DNA of 64,000 nucleotides, from NCBI GenBank assembly GCA_002428665.1, contig DIXK01000096.1:49524-113523 (forward strand). The letters run 5' to 3'. The notes below the pieces were generated by a model, which saw only the letters and a program-made list of their open reading frames with translations, searched no databases and was not told where the DNA came from. The stretch comes from Verrucomicrobia subdivision 3 bacterium UBA6082 (GTDB lineage: Bacteria > Verrucomicrobiota > Verrucomicrobiia > Limisphaerales > UBA8199). The translations under genes were made by a program, and so were the position numbers. Position 1 is the first letter of the stretch, and each line of letters starts with the position of its first letter. Of this stretch, positions 63,146 to 64,000 are shown piece after piece.

Positions 63146-64000
63146 ATGTCATCATGTGTTCCCTCGCGTGCAGCTTCGGCCCTCGGCCTCCTTCTGCTGC
63201 TCATCACGGTTATAACGGCATCCGCCCAAACCGTGGGCGTGCTGAGAGAAGTCTGGACCGGCATCTCGGGCACCTCGGTTGCAGACCTCACTAACAACGC
63301 GCGGTTTCCTAGCCAACCTGATCAGGAGACGATCCTGCCCCACTTTGAAGCGCCGGTGAATACCCTGGATACTTACGGACAACGTCTTCAGGCTCTTATT
63401 ACCGCTCCTGCTTCGGGCACCTACCGGTTTTGGATCGCGAGCGATGATTCTTCATTGCTATCGCTGAGCACCGACACCAACCCTATCAATAAACGGGTCA
63501 TAGCGAGCGTCTCGGGCTACACTTCGTCGCGGGAGTGGACCAAGTTCACCACTCAACAATCGACCGACATCAGTCTGGTGGCTGGGCAGCAGTATTATAT
63601 CGAAGCCCTGATGAAAGAAGGTGCGGGAGGCGACAACCTGGCGGTGCGCTGGCGCTTGCCAAACTTGACCATAGAAGAGCCTATCCCAGGCTCACGGCTT
63701 ACGGTCTTCGGTTTGGGACCACCCGTGATCACTCGTCAGCCTACAGCCCTCAGCGTCGTCGAGGGGGAGAATACGAGTTTTTCTTTGGAATTGGCTCGTT
63801 ATTTCGGCGCTCGGTTTCAGTGGCAGCGCAACGGGGCTGATATACCAGGAGCAACAGAAAGGCAGTACGTGATTGCCGGCGCGCCGCTCGCCTGGGACGG
63901 ATCAGTTTTTCGCTGTTATGTTACTAATTGCTGCGGAGATGTTACCTCTGCTCCGGCCGTGATGACTGTGACTGCCGACAAGACGCAGCCGACTCTCAGT
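63146..64000 (+). CDS. Secreted PA14-domain + Ig-like-domain protein, 3' end outside the window (not in the ORF track)
   Basis: Hand translation from ATG 63146 runs 285 codons with no stop to the window edge. Signal peptide MSSCVPSRAASALGLLLLLITVITASAQ. PA14-like blocks are 'GTYRFWIASDDSSLLSLS' and 'GQQYYIEALMKEGAGGDNLAVRWRLP'. The Ig-like block is 'FQWQRNGADIPGATERQYVI...FRCYVTNCCGDVTSAPAVMTV'. Confidence 0.8.
   Translation, partial: MSSCVPSRAASALGLLLLLITVITASAQTVGVLREVWTGISGTSVADLTNNARFPSQPDQETILPHFEAPVNTLDTYGQRLQALITAPASGTYRFWIASDDSSLLSLSTDTNPINKRVIASVSGYTSSREWTKFTTQQSTDISLVAGQQYYIEALMKEGAGGDNLAVRWRLPNLTIEEPIPGSRLTVFGLGPPVITRQPTALSVVEGENTSFSLELARYFGARFQWQRNGADIPGATERQYVIAGAPLAWDGSVFRCYVTNCCGDVTSAPAVMTVTADKTQPTLS

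Noticed and set aside
63052-63294. 80-aa ORF from the track (MADLARRVRPARPSCS...).
   Set aside because: It overlaps, in a different frame, the much better supported open-ended PA14/Ig gene that starts at 63146 with a signal peptide.
1-64000. Whole-window scan for CRISPR arrays, IS elements, transposases, integrases, toxin-antitoxin pairs, restriction-modification genes or known defence genes.
   Set aside because: None was seen. There are no spaced direct-repeat arrays, no DDE/tyrosine-recombinase motifs and no nuclease/helicase/methylase signatures apart from housekeeping ruvC, ruvA and parE/parC. By eye, the window shows no obvious compositional island.

Overview
This 64-kb chromosomal window is almost entirely core genome. 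It comes from a diderm bacterium that I infer (not prove) belongs to the PVC superphylum, probably Verrucomicrobiota. The basis is a PEP-CTERM sorting signal, lnt/kdsA/lptB, HprK+HPr without PTS permeases, weak or absent Shine-Dalgarno motifs, and many Pro-rich secreted proteins. I can support about 70 CDS.

Layout:
- 0-11 kb: secreted/PEP-CTERM proteins and a two-subunit Tat-dependent molybdo-oxidoreductase.
- 11.07-24.42 kb: a 25-gene ribosomal-protein/secY/map/infA/rpoA supercluster. It begins abruptly at rplB (no rpsJ-rplC-rplD-rplW) and lacks rpmD and adk. rpsK and rpsE carry low-complexity extensions. rpmJ is missing from the ORF track and was found by hand.
- 24.5-41.5 kb: mixed housekeeping genes (acyltransferases, TrpB2 plus an outer-membrane channel, lnt, aldo/keto reductase-ThpR-GKRP-like protein, parE/parC, GT-C glycosyltransferase).
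- 41.5-52.5 kb: one long minus-strand gene string, fmt-kdsA-(multi-module LptA-like)-lptB-hprK-ptsH-gatC ... gatA-phosphatidyltransferase. asnS sits on the opposite strand exactly between gatC and gatA.
- 52.56-57.01 kb: a compact type IV filament/T2SS-like module.
- 57-64 kb: nnr, a Trp-rich/Pro-rich lipoprotein, ruvC, ruvA, a DUF374 acyltransferase, and the start of a PA14/Ig protein that runs off the window.

I saw no rRNA, tRNA, CRISPR array, transposase, integrase or recognisable defence gene.

My best candidate for an undescribed system is the 52.56-57.01 kb module. It has a short GspE-type ATPase, two tandem full-length GspF paralogues and three translationally coupled minor-pseudopilin-like genes. 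The window contains no secretin, no major pilin and no prepilin peptidase.

Secondary candidates are the 622-aa concatenated Lpt-fold protein, the antisense nesting of asnS inside gatC/gatA, and the AKP-rich N-terminal extension of ribosomal protein uS11.

All family assignments come from reading motifs by eye. No HMM or BLAST search was run.
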